A stretch of DNA of 64,000 nucleotides from Ostreococcus lucimarinus (lineage: Eukaryota): assembly GCA_000092065.1 (NCBI GenBank), contig CP000585.1. The stretch is one strand, 5' to 3'. A program made the translations under genes and the position numbers. Below the pieces are notes generated by a model, which was given only the letters and a program-made list of their open reading frames with translations, ran no database searches and had not been told where the DNA came from. Within the stretch, counting starts at the first letter, position 1. Each line of letters opens with the position of its first letter. Shown here piece by piece: positions 51,401-62,100 of this stretch.

Positions 51401-53860
51401 ATGCGCGCCTCCGACGACGCGGGCGTCGATCGCGATGTCGTCGATCGCGCGGACGACGCGGGGCGCGACGACGCGTCGACGGCGCGCGCGAAAGGCGTGG
51501 ATGAGGAAACGGCGTTGCCGCTCTGGACGCGCTTTCTGTGCGAACTGCGCGGCGAATTGAGCGCGGAATCCATCGCGGTGCGCTCGCACACGTGGCGGGA
51601 GATCGACATCGTGTCCTCGCTCGTGCGCAAGGTGGCGGGACGGACGACGGGGACGGTGAAGATCGGAAGGGTGTTCACGGCGGCGAACGAGCGCGGCTGC
51701 GCGGCGCTCGTGGGCGAGGAGATGGAAGATTTCGGCGGTGAAGACGAGATATCGAGGGATGGGGACGTGATGGCGAAGAGATTACGAGCGAGGACGTGCC
51801 GAGTGGCGGTGAGCACGCTGGAGCGGGACGTGAACCTGGGTGCGGTGGACGGGAGAAATACGAAGGTGGTGCTCTTCGTGACGGTGCCGCAGTCGTTGCA
51901 CCCGCGAGGGGCGCTGGAGGATCTGAGCCGGTTGGAGGCGCTGAAGACGATGAAAATGGGATTTAGAAAATTGATCGCTGAGACAGATTTCGTGCGGGAC
52001 TGCAGAGGGGCGAAGATGGCTTCGGAAGTTGTGAGCGCGTACGAGGAGGCGTGTTCGGTGCTCACCGGACAACATTTTCGCCGAGCCGAGGCGGAGGCGC
52101 AGATGGCGTCCAAGCGAGGCGCCGATTTCACAGGAAAATTTGCTGGGGGTATTGTGAGCGATTTCAAGCGACGATGGGCGGTGTATAAGAGTGATTGGGT
52201 CGATGGATTCAAGGCGCCGACGAAGTGCTTGAGCGCGACGCTCTTCATGTACTTTGCTTGTCTCGGACCTGCAATCGCGTTCGGGGGGTTGGCGTATAAA
52301 GAAACGGACGGGCACGTCGGGGCGATGGAATATTTGTGCAGCCAAGCGCTCAGTGGGATAATATGGGCCGTGTTCTCGGGACAGCCCGAGATCGTGCTAC
52401 GCCCGGCGGGTCCGCAGACGGTGTTCCTCATAGAACTGTTCAAACGATGCAAGGCGTGGAGGATCGACTTCCTCGTCACGTCTGCGTGGGTCGGGGTTTG
52501 GACTGGGATTTTCATGCTATGTATTGCCTCATTCGACGCGTGCGCTTGGGTCGCGAACAAGTGCACAAAGTTTACGCAAGATATATTCAGTCTCTTTGTG
52601 TGCGCGATTTTCATCTTTGAAGGATTCAAAAACTTGTTCACGTACTTTTCAGACGACAAATACTCAACCGCAGCCGCTTTGTTTAGCTTGATGTTAGGTG
52701 TCATGACGTTACAACTTGGTCTGTGGGCGGTGCATCTTCGCAGTTCGCCGTATATGAACGCGACTATTCGTGAACTCACCGCGGATTTTGGTCTGGCCTC
52801 CGCCGTCATCATCGCGAGCGTCACGGCGAAGCTGTCGAAGATTTCGGGGCTGGAGCACTTACAAATTTCAAACAACTTTGAACCTTCTATGCAGCGCGAT
52901 TGGTGGATTGATTTGGGTTCAGGCGATAAGTTCATCCCCTTGATTGCAATCTTCCCAGCTCTCATGCTCACGGCGTTGTACTACGTCGACATGAACGTGG
53001 CGACATTGCTTTGCAACACGCCGCGCCTGAAGATGCGTAAGGGCGCGGCTTATCATTACAACTTTGCCGTGCTCGCAATATTGGTCTTCATCACCTCGAT
53101 GCTCGGACTGCCACCTCCCACGGGATCGCTGCCGCACTCGCCGCAGTACGTGTTGGCGCTCAGCGACGTAGAAGAGTACACCGTGGACGGCGAGACGCGC
53201 ACGAAAGTCATCAAGGTGCATGAACAGCGACTCAGTCCGCTGCTTGTCAACGTTCTCGTAGCTCTGAGCTTCGTCGTGATACCCGCGCTAAAATCAATCC
53301 CCATGAGTGTGCTCTTCGGATTGTTCATCTACACCGGCATCATGGGATTGTACGACAACCATTTCTGGGAGCGGATCACCATCGCGTTCATGGAACCGCG
53401 CTTGCATCCGCCGACGTCGTACGTCAGGCACGTACCGCTCAGTCGCGTGCACGCATTTACGTGCGTACAAATCGCGTGTGTCGGTGTGCTATGGGGTATT
53501 CGAAGCTCGCCGATCGCCTTGACGTTTCCCATCTTTATTTTAGCGTTGATGCCGCTTCGCATTTTACTGTTCAAGAAGTTCAACATGTTTTCGCCGGAAT
53601 GGCTCGAACTCTTGGACGCAAAGGGCGCAAAACCGTACGAGGTGGACGAAGACAACCAAATCATGGAAGATGGTCGGGAGAACAAATGGTTGTCCAACAC
53701 CGGCACGGCGAGCGCTTCGAATTTCATGGAATTCGCCGGCTTGCACGAATCCGGTCCCGCATTCGGCAACGCGGCGTCCTTACACGCGCACACGCGTTCC
53801 GACGCGGATGCCATGATAACAGCGCGAAATCGGATACCACTTACACCGCTTACGAAATAA
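51401..53860 (+). CDS. SLC4-family anion exchanger / borate (BOR1-like) transporter
   Basis: Cytoplasmic N-domain followed by ~12-14 TM segments. Conserved blocks are FGGLAYKETDGHVGAMEYLCSQALSGIIWAVFSGQP, IPLIAIFPALMLTALYYVDMNVATLL and VLALSFVVIPALKSIPMSVLFGLFIYTGI. ATG 51401 chosen as the first Met beyond the divergent RpiA start. Confidence 0.75.
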   Translation: MRASDDAGVDRDVVDRADDAGRDDASTARAKGVDEETALPLWTRFLCELRGELSAESIAVRSHTWREIDIVSSLVRKVAGRTTGTVKIGRVFTAANERGCAALVGEEMEDFGGEDEISRDGDVMAKRLRARTCRVAVSTLERDVNLGAVDGRNTKVVLFVTVPQSLHPRGALEDLSRLEALKTMKMGFRKLIAETDFVRDCRGAKMASEVVSAYEEACSVLTGQHFRRAEAEAQMASKRGADFTGKFAGGIVSDFKRRWAVYKSDWVDGFKAPTKCLSATLFMYFACLGPAIAFGGLAYKETDGHVGAMEYLCSQALSGIIWAVFSGQPEIVLRPAGPQTVFLIELFKRCKAWRIDFLVTSAWVGVWTGIFMLCIASFDACAWVANKCTKFTQDIFSLFVCAIFIFEGFKNLFTYFSDDKYSTAAALFSLMLGVMTLQLGLWAVHLRSSPYMNATIRELTADFGLASAVIIASVTAKLSKISGLEHLQISNNFEPSMQRDWWIDLGSGDKFIPLIAIFPALMLTALYYVDMNVATLLCNTPRLKMRKGAAYHYNFAVLAILVFITSMLGLPPPTGSLPHSPQYVLALSDVEEYTVDGETRTKVIKVHEQRLSPLLVNVLVALSFVVIPALKSIPMSVLFGLFIYTGIMGLYDNHFWERITIAFMEPRLHPPTSYVRHVPLSRVHAFTCVQIACVGVLWGIRSSPIALTFPIFILALMPLRILLFKKFNMFSPEWLELLDAKGAKPYEVDEDNQIMEDGRENKWLSNTGTASASNFMEFAGLHESGPAFGNAASLHAHTRSDADAMITARNRIPLTPLTK

Positions 53861-53981
53861 TACCAGTGAGCTTCGGTGCGAGGGGGTTTGGACCGCAATT
53901 GGTAGACGTTTTTAATATTTAGTGAATTTTTGTGCGTTGCACTCATGAATCTTGAATTTCGATGGGTCGACTAACGATTGA

Positions 53982-54722
53982 CTAACGATCGGGCGAAAGA
54001 GGTCTAAGTTCGACGGATTTGCTTCGCACGTGGCGCGGCACGCTTCGCGAGCGCCGACCGAACGCGAATCGATACAACACTCCCAGCGTGCGATGCACGC
54101 AGAGCGCCAAGATGAGCGTGTACGTCGCCTGAAACAAAGTGTTTATGTGTCGATCCGTCGCGTAAGGCTTCAGAAGATCGATTTGTTTCATCTTTGCCTT
54201 CATCTTTCGACGCACAGGCGCTAGATTGCTTTGTACGTTTCTGATTTGCCGCGCGTACCCGCGCTTGGCGCGCTCGCCCGCGTTCTTCAGCGCCGGCGCC
54301 GCCTTACGCATCCCGTCTTCAATCAACGGTTTCGCATCGCGAACGAGCGTCTTCGCGCGTTTCACACCCTCATTCGCCGCATCCTTCGCCATTCGCACCA
54401 CTTCCGCCGCACCCGCGCCTCGGCGCGCTTCCTCCAGAGCCTCCTCCAGTTTCGCCACCTCCGCCCGCGCCTTCTTCTTCTCCGCCGCCTCGAAATTCGC
54501 CCGCGCTCGCTCCCGCATCGCCTCGCCTCGAAACTTCGCCGCCTCCGATTTCGCCGCGCCGACGTCCCGCCGCATCGCGCTCAGGTGCCTCTGGCACTCC
54601 GCGACGCCCTCGTTCGCCTCCGCGCGTCCCGCCGCGAGCGCGCACGCGCACGCGCACGCGCACGCCGCGACCAACCTCACCGTCGTCCGACGCCGTCCGC
54701 GCGCGCGTCCCGACGCCCGCAT
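53982..54722 (-). CDS. Hypothetical amphipathic-helix protein with signal-like N-terminus and C-terminal TM
   Basis: 246 aa from ATG 54722. MRASGRARGRRRTTVRLVAACACACACALAAG leader, with the (CA)4 run encoded by a (GCGCAC)4 repeat. Lys/Glu/Ala-rich helices follow, and the C-terminus has lower-GC, clearly coding-like sequence (KMKAKMKQIDLLKPYATDRHINTLFQATYTLILALCVHRTLGVLYRF). Confidence 0.4.
   Translation of the reverse strand: MRASGRARGRRRTTVRLVAACACACACALAAGRAEANEGVAECQRHLSAMRRDVGAAKSEAAKFRGEAMRERARANFEAAEKKKARAEVAKLEEALEEARRGAGAAEVVRMAKDAANEGVKRAKTLVRDAKPLIEDGMRKAAPALKNAGERAKRGYARQIRNVQSNLAPVRRKMKAKMKQIDLLKPYATDRHINTLFQATYTLILALCVHRTLGVLYRFAFGRRSRSVPRHVRSKSVELRPLSPDR
54640..54663. repeat. 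(GCGCAC)4 hexanucleotide repeat inside a coding region
   Basis: gcgcacgcgcacgcgcacgcgcac read directly. Encodes the ACACACAC tract of the hypothetical protein on the minus strand. Confidence 0.9.
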
Positions 54723-55029
54723 GTCCGCCGCTCACTTCGTCGCCGTCGACGCGCGCAGCGCGAACCCGTGCGCGAACACGAGCACCGCCAGCGCCGCGCC
54801 CACCGGCGCCCCGATCTTAATCCTCGAATCGCTCGACCGCCTGACCGCGATCCCGAGCGCCGGTATCGCCGGCGCGAGCGCGATCGGCCAGAGGTTTCCG
54901 TATTCCACCGCGCGCGTTCGTCTCGCGTCGCGCGCGTCGCTCGCGTCGCGCATGCGCGCGCCGCGATCTGTCGCGCGGGCCGTCGGTCTTCTTCTTCGCG
55001 TTACAATCGATCGTCGCGCGCGCTACGAG

Positions 55030-55408
55030 CTACGACAGCGCGCTTCTCGCGCCCGCGATCACCACCGCCCATCCACCGAGCACGGCGAACACCACCTGCG
55101 TCGCGTCGCGCGCGTCAGTCGTGGAATTCGCGTCGCATCGGCGTCGAGGGCGTCTCGGATCGATCGATCGATCGCGCGCGTCGCGGCGTCGCGCGATCGA
55201 TCGCGCGTCGCGGTCGCGCGCGACGCGTCGCGAGACGCACGTGCTCCTCCTTCCAATTGCTCGGGTTCATGGGGTCGTGCCACGGGTAGGGCACCTTGGG
55301 CGGCGCGTTCGGGTCGCTCGCGTACGACCGGCGCGCGATCGTCGACGGCGCGCGCGCGGGCGCGTTCGCGAGCGCGCGATGCGCGACGCGACGGAGGGCG
55401 GCGTGCAT
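55030..55408 (-). CDS. Small (~77 aa) mitochondrial-type single-pass membrane protein, 2 exons: join(complement(55241..55408),complement(55030..55095))
   Basis: Exon 1: MHAALRRVAHRALANAPARAPSTIARRSY (presequence-like) then ASDPNAPPKVPYPWHDPMNPSNWKEEH, ending at CAC|GTGCGT. Exon 2 after GACGCAG| encodes VVFAVLGGWAVVIAGARSALS* (one TM helix). Resembles small respiratory-complex accessory subunits, but the family is not identified. Confidence 0.5.
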
Positions 55409-55770
55409 GACGTCGAGCGACGGCGCGCGAGGGCGACGGTCGAGCGCGGGCGTCGACGAGCGTCGACGAGTGCGGGGGGGGGCGCGAGAGGGCGACGCGC
55501 GGGCGACGACGCGGCGCGGGAGAGGGTTCGAGGAAGGCGCGCGAGCGACGGGCGCGAACATCGATTGGGTGCGCGCGGTGTTTTTCTTCGCCGGGCTGGG
55601 GATCGGGTTGCGCGCGTTCGGCGAGCGGGGGGTGCGGGGACGCGCGAAGACGCGCGCGCGCGACGAAGGCGGGCGACGCGGCGGCGAGCCTTTGTAATAA
55701 TTTGTTGTAATCATCACATCACTAGGCGGCTAGCTATGGTCAAACGCTCGAACGTTCTTTACCGCTTTTT

Positions 55771-56954
55771 TTATTGCGGCGGCGGCGGCGGGACGTTCAT
55801 CATCCCGGGCGGCGGTGGCACGTTCATCATCCCGGGCGGCGGCGGCGCGTTCATCGTCCCGGGCGGCGGCGCGACGCCGGGCGGCGGCATCGCGAACCCA
55901 CCGACGGGGGCGAAACCGCCCATCATGGGTGGTGGTGGTATTCCACCCATCATTCCCGGCGGCGGCGGCGGCATGCCGACCATTCCGGGCGGAGGCGGCG
56001 GCAAACCCATCATGCCGCCCATCGCCGCGGGCGTGCTCGAGGGGCCGGCGCTGAACAACGTGTGCGGGCGAACCATCGTCGGTCGTTCGATCGATTGCGC
56101 GAGCAAACGCTCGGCTTGTGACCCATGACGCTCGCCTTTGCTATCCTTCTTGTACGCGTACTGAACGTTGATTTGCTTGTTGCACAAGAACTGTCCGTTC
56201 ATCGCCTCGATGGCGGCGTCCGAGGCCTCAAACGAATCGTACGCCACGAATCCGAATCCCTTGCTCGCCCCGTTATCCGGGTCGCGCATGATTTTAGGAG
56301 TGTTAATCACCACCCCGAACGCGCTGAAGGTGTCGTACAACAGCTTTTCGTCGATGTCTGGATCGAGGTTACCGATGAACAAGTTGGCGCCGACTTCGTC
56401 GCGTCTGTCGCCCACCGACTTGTTCACCTTGATCGGTTTCCCGAACAGTTTCACCATGTTCAAAATTTTAATACCCTACACGCGCACATCGCCATCGCAC
56501 CGTCTCGTCAGTCTCCACGTCGAGCTTCGATCGCGTCGCGTCTCCCATCGCGCGGTGACTCAGCCGAAGAAATTCAACCATAATATCGTCTAACCTCACG
56601 AGCGTGAACTCATCAGAAGCGCGGATATTTTTATCATCATCGTCACCGATCTCGCATCCCATCGCGTCGCGTCGCGTCGCGTCGCGTCGCTCGACGCACG
56701 TATTCCGCGTCTTCCTCGTTTCTGAACTCCACGAACCCGTACCCCTGGTGCGTGCTCGTCACCCTATCCTTCGGCACGTACACGTTCGTCACCGGTCCCG
56801 CCTGCAGGAACAGCTCCCACAGCACCTCCTCCGTGACTTGCGGGTCGAGATTCCCGACGTACACCGTCGCCTCGGCGTTCCTATCCGCGCCGTGCTGCCC
56901 GAGCAAGTTCACGCCCGCGCCCGCGGTGATTCGCCCGCCTGCGATCGGCGCCAT
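55771..56954 (-). CDS. SF3B4: Splicing factor 3B subunit 4 (SF3B4/SAP49), 2 exons: join(complement(56700..56954),complement(55771..56475))
   Basis: Exon 1 holds RRM1 ([57 protein letters not shown]) and ends at a GTGCGT donor. Exon 2 after TAG| reads [19 protein letters not shown] + RRM2 ([25 protein letters not shown]...[55 protein letters not shown]) and a PPPPGM-repeat tail. Near-identical in order to human SF3B4. Confidence 0.9.
56666..56690. repeat. (GTCGC)5 pentanucleotide repeat within the SF3B4 intron
   Basis: gtcgcgtcgcgtcgcgtcgcgtcgc read directly. It sits 9-33 nt downstream of the GTGCGT donor (on the minus strand). Confidence 0.9.
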
Positions 56955-57437
56955 TCGTCCGTCAGTCGCCGCATCGCGCGCGCATCGCGCCGCGCGCGTC
57001 GCTCGTCGCGCGATTCGCGTTCGTCGTCGTCGCGCGTCGCCGTCGAATCGCGCGCGAACGCACCCGCGCTCCCACCGACGCTCGCCATCGTCGTCGACGC
57101 CTCGCGCGGTGTCGCGCCTTCTCGTTCGCGCCGTCGCGCGTCGCGCCCTCGCGCGCGCGCGCGCGCGCGAGACGGTCGACGCGCTTCTTTCGCGCGTTCG
57201 CGCGCGCTCGGAGCGCTTTTTCGAGCGTCGCGCGGCGCTGTGCGGCGACCGGGACGCGAATCGCGCCGCGTCCCGGTCGCGCCGCCGCCGCTCGGCGCCG
57301 CATTTCGCGCCTCGCCGCGCGCGCGTCGACGCCCCGTCGCCGAGCCGCGCGCGTCGAGCGCGCGAAACGCCGCGTCGCGGTCGCCTCGCGCGCGCCTCGC
57401 GTCGGTTCGCGCGCTCGACGCGCCGCGCGCGCGCGCC

Positions 57438-57995
57438 ATGCGCCCGCTCGAGGAGTCCGAGCTCGAGCAGGTGCTCGCGAAGCTGTTCCAGTTCGTCGGG
57501 AAGAACATCGAGCGGGTGCTGCGGCGCGCGGACGCGCCGCACTCGCTGCGATTGCACAAGAAGCGGGTGTACTACGTGCGGGACGAGGTGATGCGGCGGG
57601 CGACGAGCGTCGGACGGGAGCAGTTGGTGGCGCTGGGGACGTGCCTGGGGAAGTTTACGCACAGCGATAAGTTTCGGTTGACGATCGGGGCGCTGGACGT
57701 GCTGGCGGCGCACGCCAAGTATAAGATGTGGGTGAAACCGACGAGCGAGATGGGGTTCATGTACGGGAATCACCTGCTGAAGAGCGGGTTGGGGAGGATA
57801 TCGGAGAACACGCCGGCGAACGCGGGGGTGGTGATTTACTCGATGGCGGACGTGCCGGTGGGATTCGGCGTCGCGGCGAAGAGCACGCAGGATTGTCGTA
57901 AATTAGACCCGAGCGCGATCGTGGCGTATCATCTCGCGGACGTGGGGGAGTACTTGCGCGCGGAAGACACGTTCGTGAGCGGGAAGAAGGATTGA
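57438..57995 (+). CDS. NIP7: 60S ribosome subunit biogenesis protein NIP7
   Basis: 185 aa; [13 protein letters not shown]...[15 protein letters not shown]...[39 protein letters not shown]...[65 protein letters not shown] is colinear with eukaryotic NIP7 (PUA domain). ATG 57438 checked. Confidence 0.9.
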   Translation: MRPLEESELEQVLAKLFQFVGKNIERVLRRADAPHSLRLHKKRVYYVRDEVMRRATSVGREQLVALGTCLGKFTHSDKFRLTIGALDVLAAHAKYKMWVKPTSEMGFMYGNHLLKSGLGRISENTPANAGVVIYSMADVPVGFGVAAKSTQDCRKLDPSAIVAYHLADVGEYLRAEDTFVSGKKD

Positions 57996-58099
57996 CGAGT
58001 TTGGTTCGTCGAGCGTCGTTCGATGCGTGAAAAATATTCCTAGTAGTCTAATCGTCGTTTCGTTCGTCGTCATCGTTCGTTCGTCGTCTCGCGTTCGTC

Positions 58100-59050
58100 T
58101 CACTCGATGCCATCGGCCGCGTCCACGACCGGGATGCGCACCATGAATCCGACGCTGTCGCCCTCGCGTTCCGTCTGCGCGCCGTACCGAAACACGAGCT
58201 CGAAGAAATTCGCGTTGTGCGAAATCCCCAACAACAGCGTGCTCGGATGGCTCGCGCACCCCAAAAACCCGCGCTGAAGATGTTTCACGCTCAGCGTCAC
58301 GCTCGTCCCGATCGCCGCGCTCTTAATCTCCGCTAATCTCGCCGCCACCCCCCCCGCCTCGGGCGCGCCCTCGTCGTACTCGTCCGCCTCCTCCGGCAGC
58401 ACGCGCAGACCGCGATACTCCATCCCGAGCGCTCGCACGCTCCCCCCGCTCGCATTCATGTACAGCCCCCCCTGCCGCGTCGTCGTCACCTCCACCACAT
58501 CGCTCACCCGCGCGAACCGCTCCACGCACTCCCGCAGCGATTCCAACGCGAACCGGTCGCACTCCAACCAATACCCCACGTCCCGCACGCTCGCCTCCAC
58601 CGCCGCCTCGCACGCCCTGACCTCCTCCCCCCTCAGCGGTCCCACCACCGGCACGTCCCGCTCCACCTCCACGCTCGCCTCCGTCGTCTTAAAGTTTACG
58701 CACGGCGCGCTCGCGCTCGCCGCGCTTCGTCGCCGTTTGATCAGCCTGCACTCCGCCCGCGTCGCCTCCAGCGCGATCATCCCTCGCACCGTCCCCGCCA
58801 GCGCGCTCGGCTCGAGCTTCACCGCGATCTTATCGTCGCACGCGGACGAGATCCTGCACCGCTCGAACACCTCGTCGACGCGAAAGTCGGCGTGCGCGGC
58901 GACGCCGTCGGCGACGCGCGAGCTTTGGACGACGCGAACCGTCGTCGGCGTCAGCAGCAGCGTCGCCTCGCCGCCGAGCCGGTCGAACACGGGGGCGAAG
59001 CGATCGAGCCAGCGCGCGCCGACGTCGCCGAGCGTCGCGCGGAACTTCAT
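58100..59050 (-). CDS. HUS1: Checkpoint clamp protein HUS1 (9-1-1 complex)
   Basis: Starts MKFRATLGDVGARWLDRFAPVFDRLGGEATLLLTP, the characteristic MKFRA(K/T) HUS1 N-terminus. 316 aa with a PCNA-like two-domain length. ATG 59050 checked. Confidence 0.65.
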   Translation of the reverse strand: MKFRATLGDVGARWLDRFAPVFDRLGGEATLLLTPTTVRVVQSSRVADGVAAHADFRVDEVFERCRISSACDDKIAVKLEPSALAGTVRGMIALEATRAECRLIKRRRSAASASAPCVNFKTTEASVEVERDVPVVGPLRGEEVRACEAAVEASVRDVGYWLECDRFALESLRECVERFARVSDVVEVTTTRQGGLYMNASGGSVRALGMEYRGLRVLPEEADEYDEGAPEAGGVAARLAEIKSAAIGTSVTLSVKHLQRGFLGCASHPSTLLLGISHNANFFELVFRYGAQTEREGDSVGFMVRIPVVDAADGIE

Positions 59051-59128
59051 CGCGCGCGGCGTCGCGATGTGTCGCGACGAATTCAAATTTAAATCCGAGC
59101 TGTCGGCGACACATCTCGACGCACCGCG

Positions 59129-62100
59129 ATGTCGCGGCGCGTCGACGCGATGCGCGACGCGTGCGAGACGTGGCGGGAGACGTTCTCGACGACGCACGGG
59201 CGAAGCGCGACGCGCGCGGACGTCGAGCGCGACGCGAACGCGCGATTAATGTTTCGAGCGTATAAAAATGCGAGAGACGGACGAGGGGGGGGCGACGACG
59301 ACGGCGCGAGGGACGCGGCGCGCGCGACGCCGAGGAAGAGGACGACGCGAACGTACGGCGAGATGCGCGAGATGCTGCGCGAGGGGGGGGAGAGCGATGG
59401 GGAGAGCGATGGGGAGGCGATCGAGGCGACGCCGATCAAGACGCGCGGCGACGGCGACGGCGACGGGACGACGCGAGCGAGCGACGCGCGAAGGTCGCCG
59501 AGATTGCTCGAAAAGCGCGCGAAAGGCGCGAACTGGGACGGGCGGGACGCGCTGCGGGAGATGGGGGGGAACGCGACGGCGGAGGGGGGGGGGGCGAGCG
59601 GGGCGAGGGCGAAACCGGCGTGCGCGCGGCCGCTGACGTGGACGGACGCGGAGCCGAGCGCGGGGGGGTTTAAATCGAGGCTCGCGAGGAGAGCGGGCGC
59701 GGGTGGAGAGGGCGGGTTCGCGGCGGTGAAACGGGCGCGAGACGAGGCGATCGAACGCGGCGGTGGGGTGGAAGATTTGCTGTGCGAGGCGACGGTGGCG
59801 GCGATGCGTAACGAGGCGGCGGCGCCGAAGAAGGCGACGATGGAGTTGAGCGTGAGCGCGATGTTGAAGCAGGACGGTTCGAAACGGCGTAAGAAACCTG
59901 CAGAACGATTCGTGGGCGCGGCGACGAGCGCCGGCGTCGCTCGTCGCGCGGTGACGTCGACGAGCGGCGCCGCGAGCGAGGACGCGGCGCCGAAACCGTC
60001 AAAGACGGCGGCGGAGATCCGCGCCGAGTTCGAGGCGGAGAAGGCCAGGGTGAAGGCGATGTCTGGTAAAGGTAACTACGTCAAGACGAACCTCAAACGC
60101 ACGTGGAAGTCCAAGGTGAAAAATGGCGCGCGCAAAAAGGCGGCGCAGCACTATCGATTCGGCGGCGGACGACGTTCAAAGAACAAGGCGGAGGATTACG
60201 AGGCGAAGGATAGAGATCCCAACGCACCGCCACCCGAGGCGCCTTCCGTGTGGGCTTCGGGAGAGTATCCACTCGAGCCTCCCCCTGAATGCGCGAACGC
60301 GACGGAAGACGAGAAATTGACGCCGGCGAAGAAGGCTTTGCGAGCGCGAGAAGTCGCAGACGGCATCGCGCGAGAGTACATCACGGCGGCGGCGGCGGAG
60401 AGCGCCAGAGCCGAAGCCGAGCGGCGAGCAAAGTTAGAAGTAGGACCAGAGATGCAAGCCGCGGTTTTGCGAGCGAAGAGCGATCCTAGCGAAGCGAATC
60501 TCACGGAAGTTCTCAATCGAGGATTCGGTCACGAACAGTTTCGTCCTGGACAACTCGAAATCGTTCAACGCGTGTTGCGCGGAGAAAACACGTTGGCGCT
60601 TTTGCCTACGGGTGCGGGGAAGAGTCTTACGTACCAGCTTCCCGCGTTACTGTTGCCCGGGCTCACCATCGTCATCTCGCCTTTGCTCGCGCTCATGGCG
60701 GATCAAATGGATTCTTTACCTCCGTCGCTTCCCGGCGGAGCTTTGCGAAGCGACATGGATCGGAGGGACATGTGGGAGACGCTCACTCGCTTGCGCGCGG
60801 GAGAACTTAAAGTGCTATTCGTATCTCCCGAAAGACTGCTGAATGAACACTTCGTGAATGATTTGCAGAACGTACCCGGCGGCGTTTCACTGGCGTGTAT
60901 CGATGAAGCGCATTGCGTGAGCGAATGGTCGCACAACTTTCGACCGGCATATCATCGATTGGGCCGCATCTTGAACGATCGAGTTCAAGCGCAGACCACG
61001 CTCGCGCTCACCGCGACGGCGACGAAGAAAACCGAAGTGTCATTGATCAAGCAGTTGGGTATCCCCAGCGAAGGCGTCATGCGAAATGTTCGAGTGAGAG
61101 ACAATTTAATTTTGTCCGTCATGCGCGTGCCCGACGTGGCGCGCGAAAGGACTCTGTGTCACATGTTGAAGCACGATGAATTGTTGCAAGAGGGGAGCAT
61201 CATCGTTTACACCGCGACACAGCGGGACTCCGAGCGCGTGGCGAGTTATCTATACAACGAAGGCATCAAGGCGAAAGCGTACCACGCAGGTCAAGAGCCT
61301 GCGCAGCGGAGACAGACGCAAGCTGAATTCATGATGAGCAGAGTACGCGTCGTCGTCGCCACAATCGCGTTCGGCATGGGTTTAGACAAATCCGACGTAC
61401 GCGCGGTGATAAATTTCTCCCTGCCGCGATCTCCCGAGGCATACATCCAACAAGCGGGGCGCGCGGGACGCGACGGAGCTCCCGCGGCGTGCGTCACTTT
61501 TCTCGATCCAAAGGATTATTTACGCTCGAGATCGCTGACATTTAGCGACGGAGTGGACCGACCTTCCATCACGAGACTTTTGCAATCTGTCTTCGAATCC
61601 GGCCCCGTGATGAAAAAAGCTAAAGACGAAGCGGAGTGGACACCGTGCGTGGGTGCGTTATCCGCGAGTGAGATGGAAATCAAGCTCGACATGCGCATAG
61701 AAGCTATCGAGACTGTGCTTTCGTGTTTGGATCTATGGGGTGAAGGTCTCATTGATATTCGTTCAAAAGACCCTTCGTCGGTGAACGAACTCGACGCCGC
61801 ACACGCCAAAGGTCTTATTCGGATCTTGCCGGATATTCGTTCGACGTGCGAGGCACAATTTTACGGGCGTTCGCCGGCAGAAATCGGCAAAGACTGCCCT
61901 CTCGCTGCAGCCATAGTGAAGCTCGTGCCAAAGCCGAAAGCGTCGATGTACAAATTCAAGATTGTTGACGCGTGCATGCACATGCAAACCGGTTTCGAAG
62001 ATGTCGCATCGCAGCTGAAGGCCATGTCGAAGAATGATAACGTGACGTACACGCTCTCCGATCGAGCAGTTGGTTTTGAAATCGTCCGCGCGCCACCAAA

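Noticed and set aside
136-56699. Possibility that the introns are copies of one repetitive introner element
   Set aside because: I compared the eight intron sequences by eye. Apart from the shared GTGCGY donor and YAG acceptor, they share no extended common sequence or terminal repeats. No evidence for a single propagated element, though a proper all-vs-all alignment was not possible.
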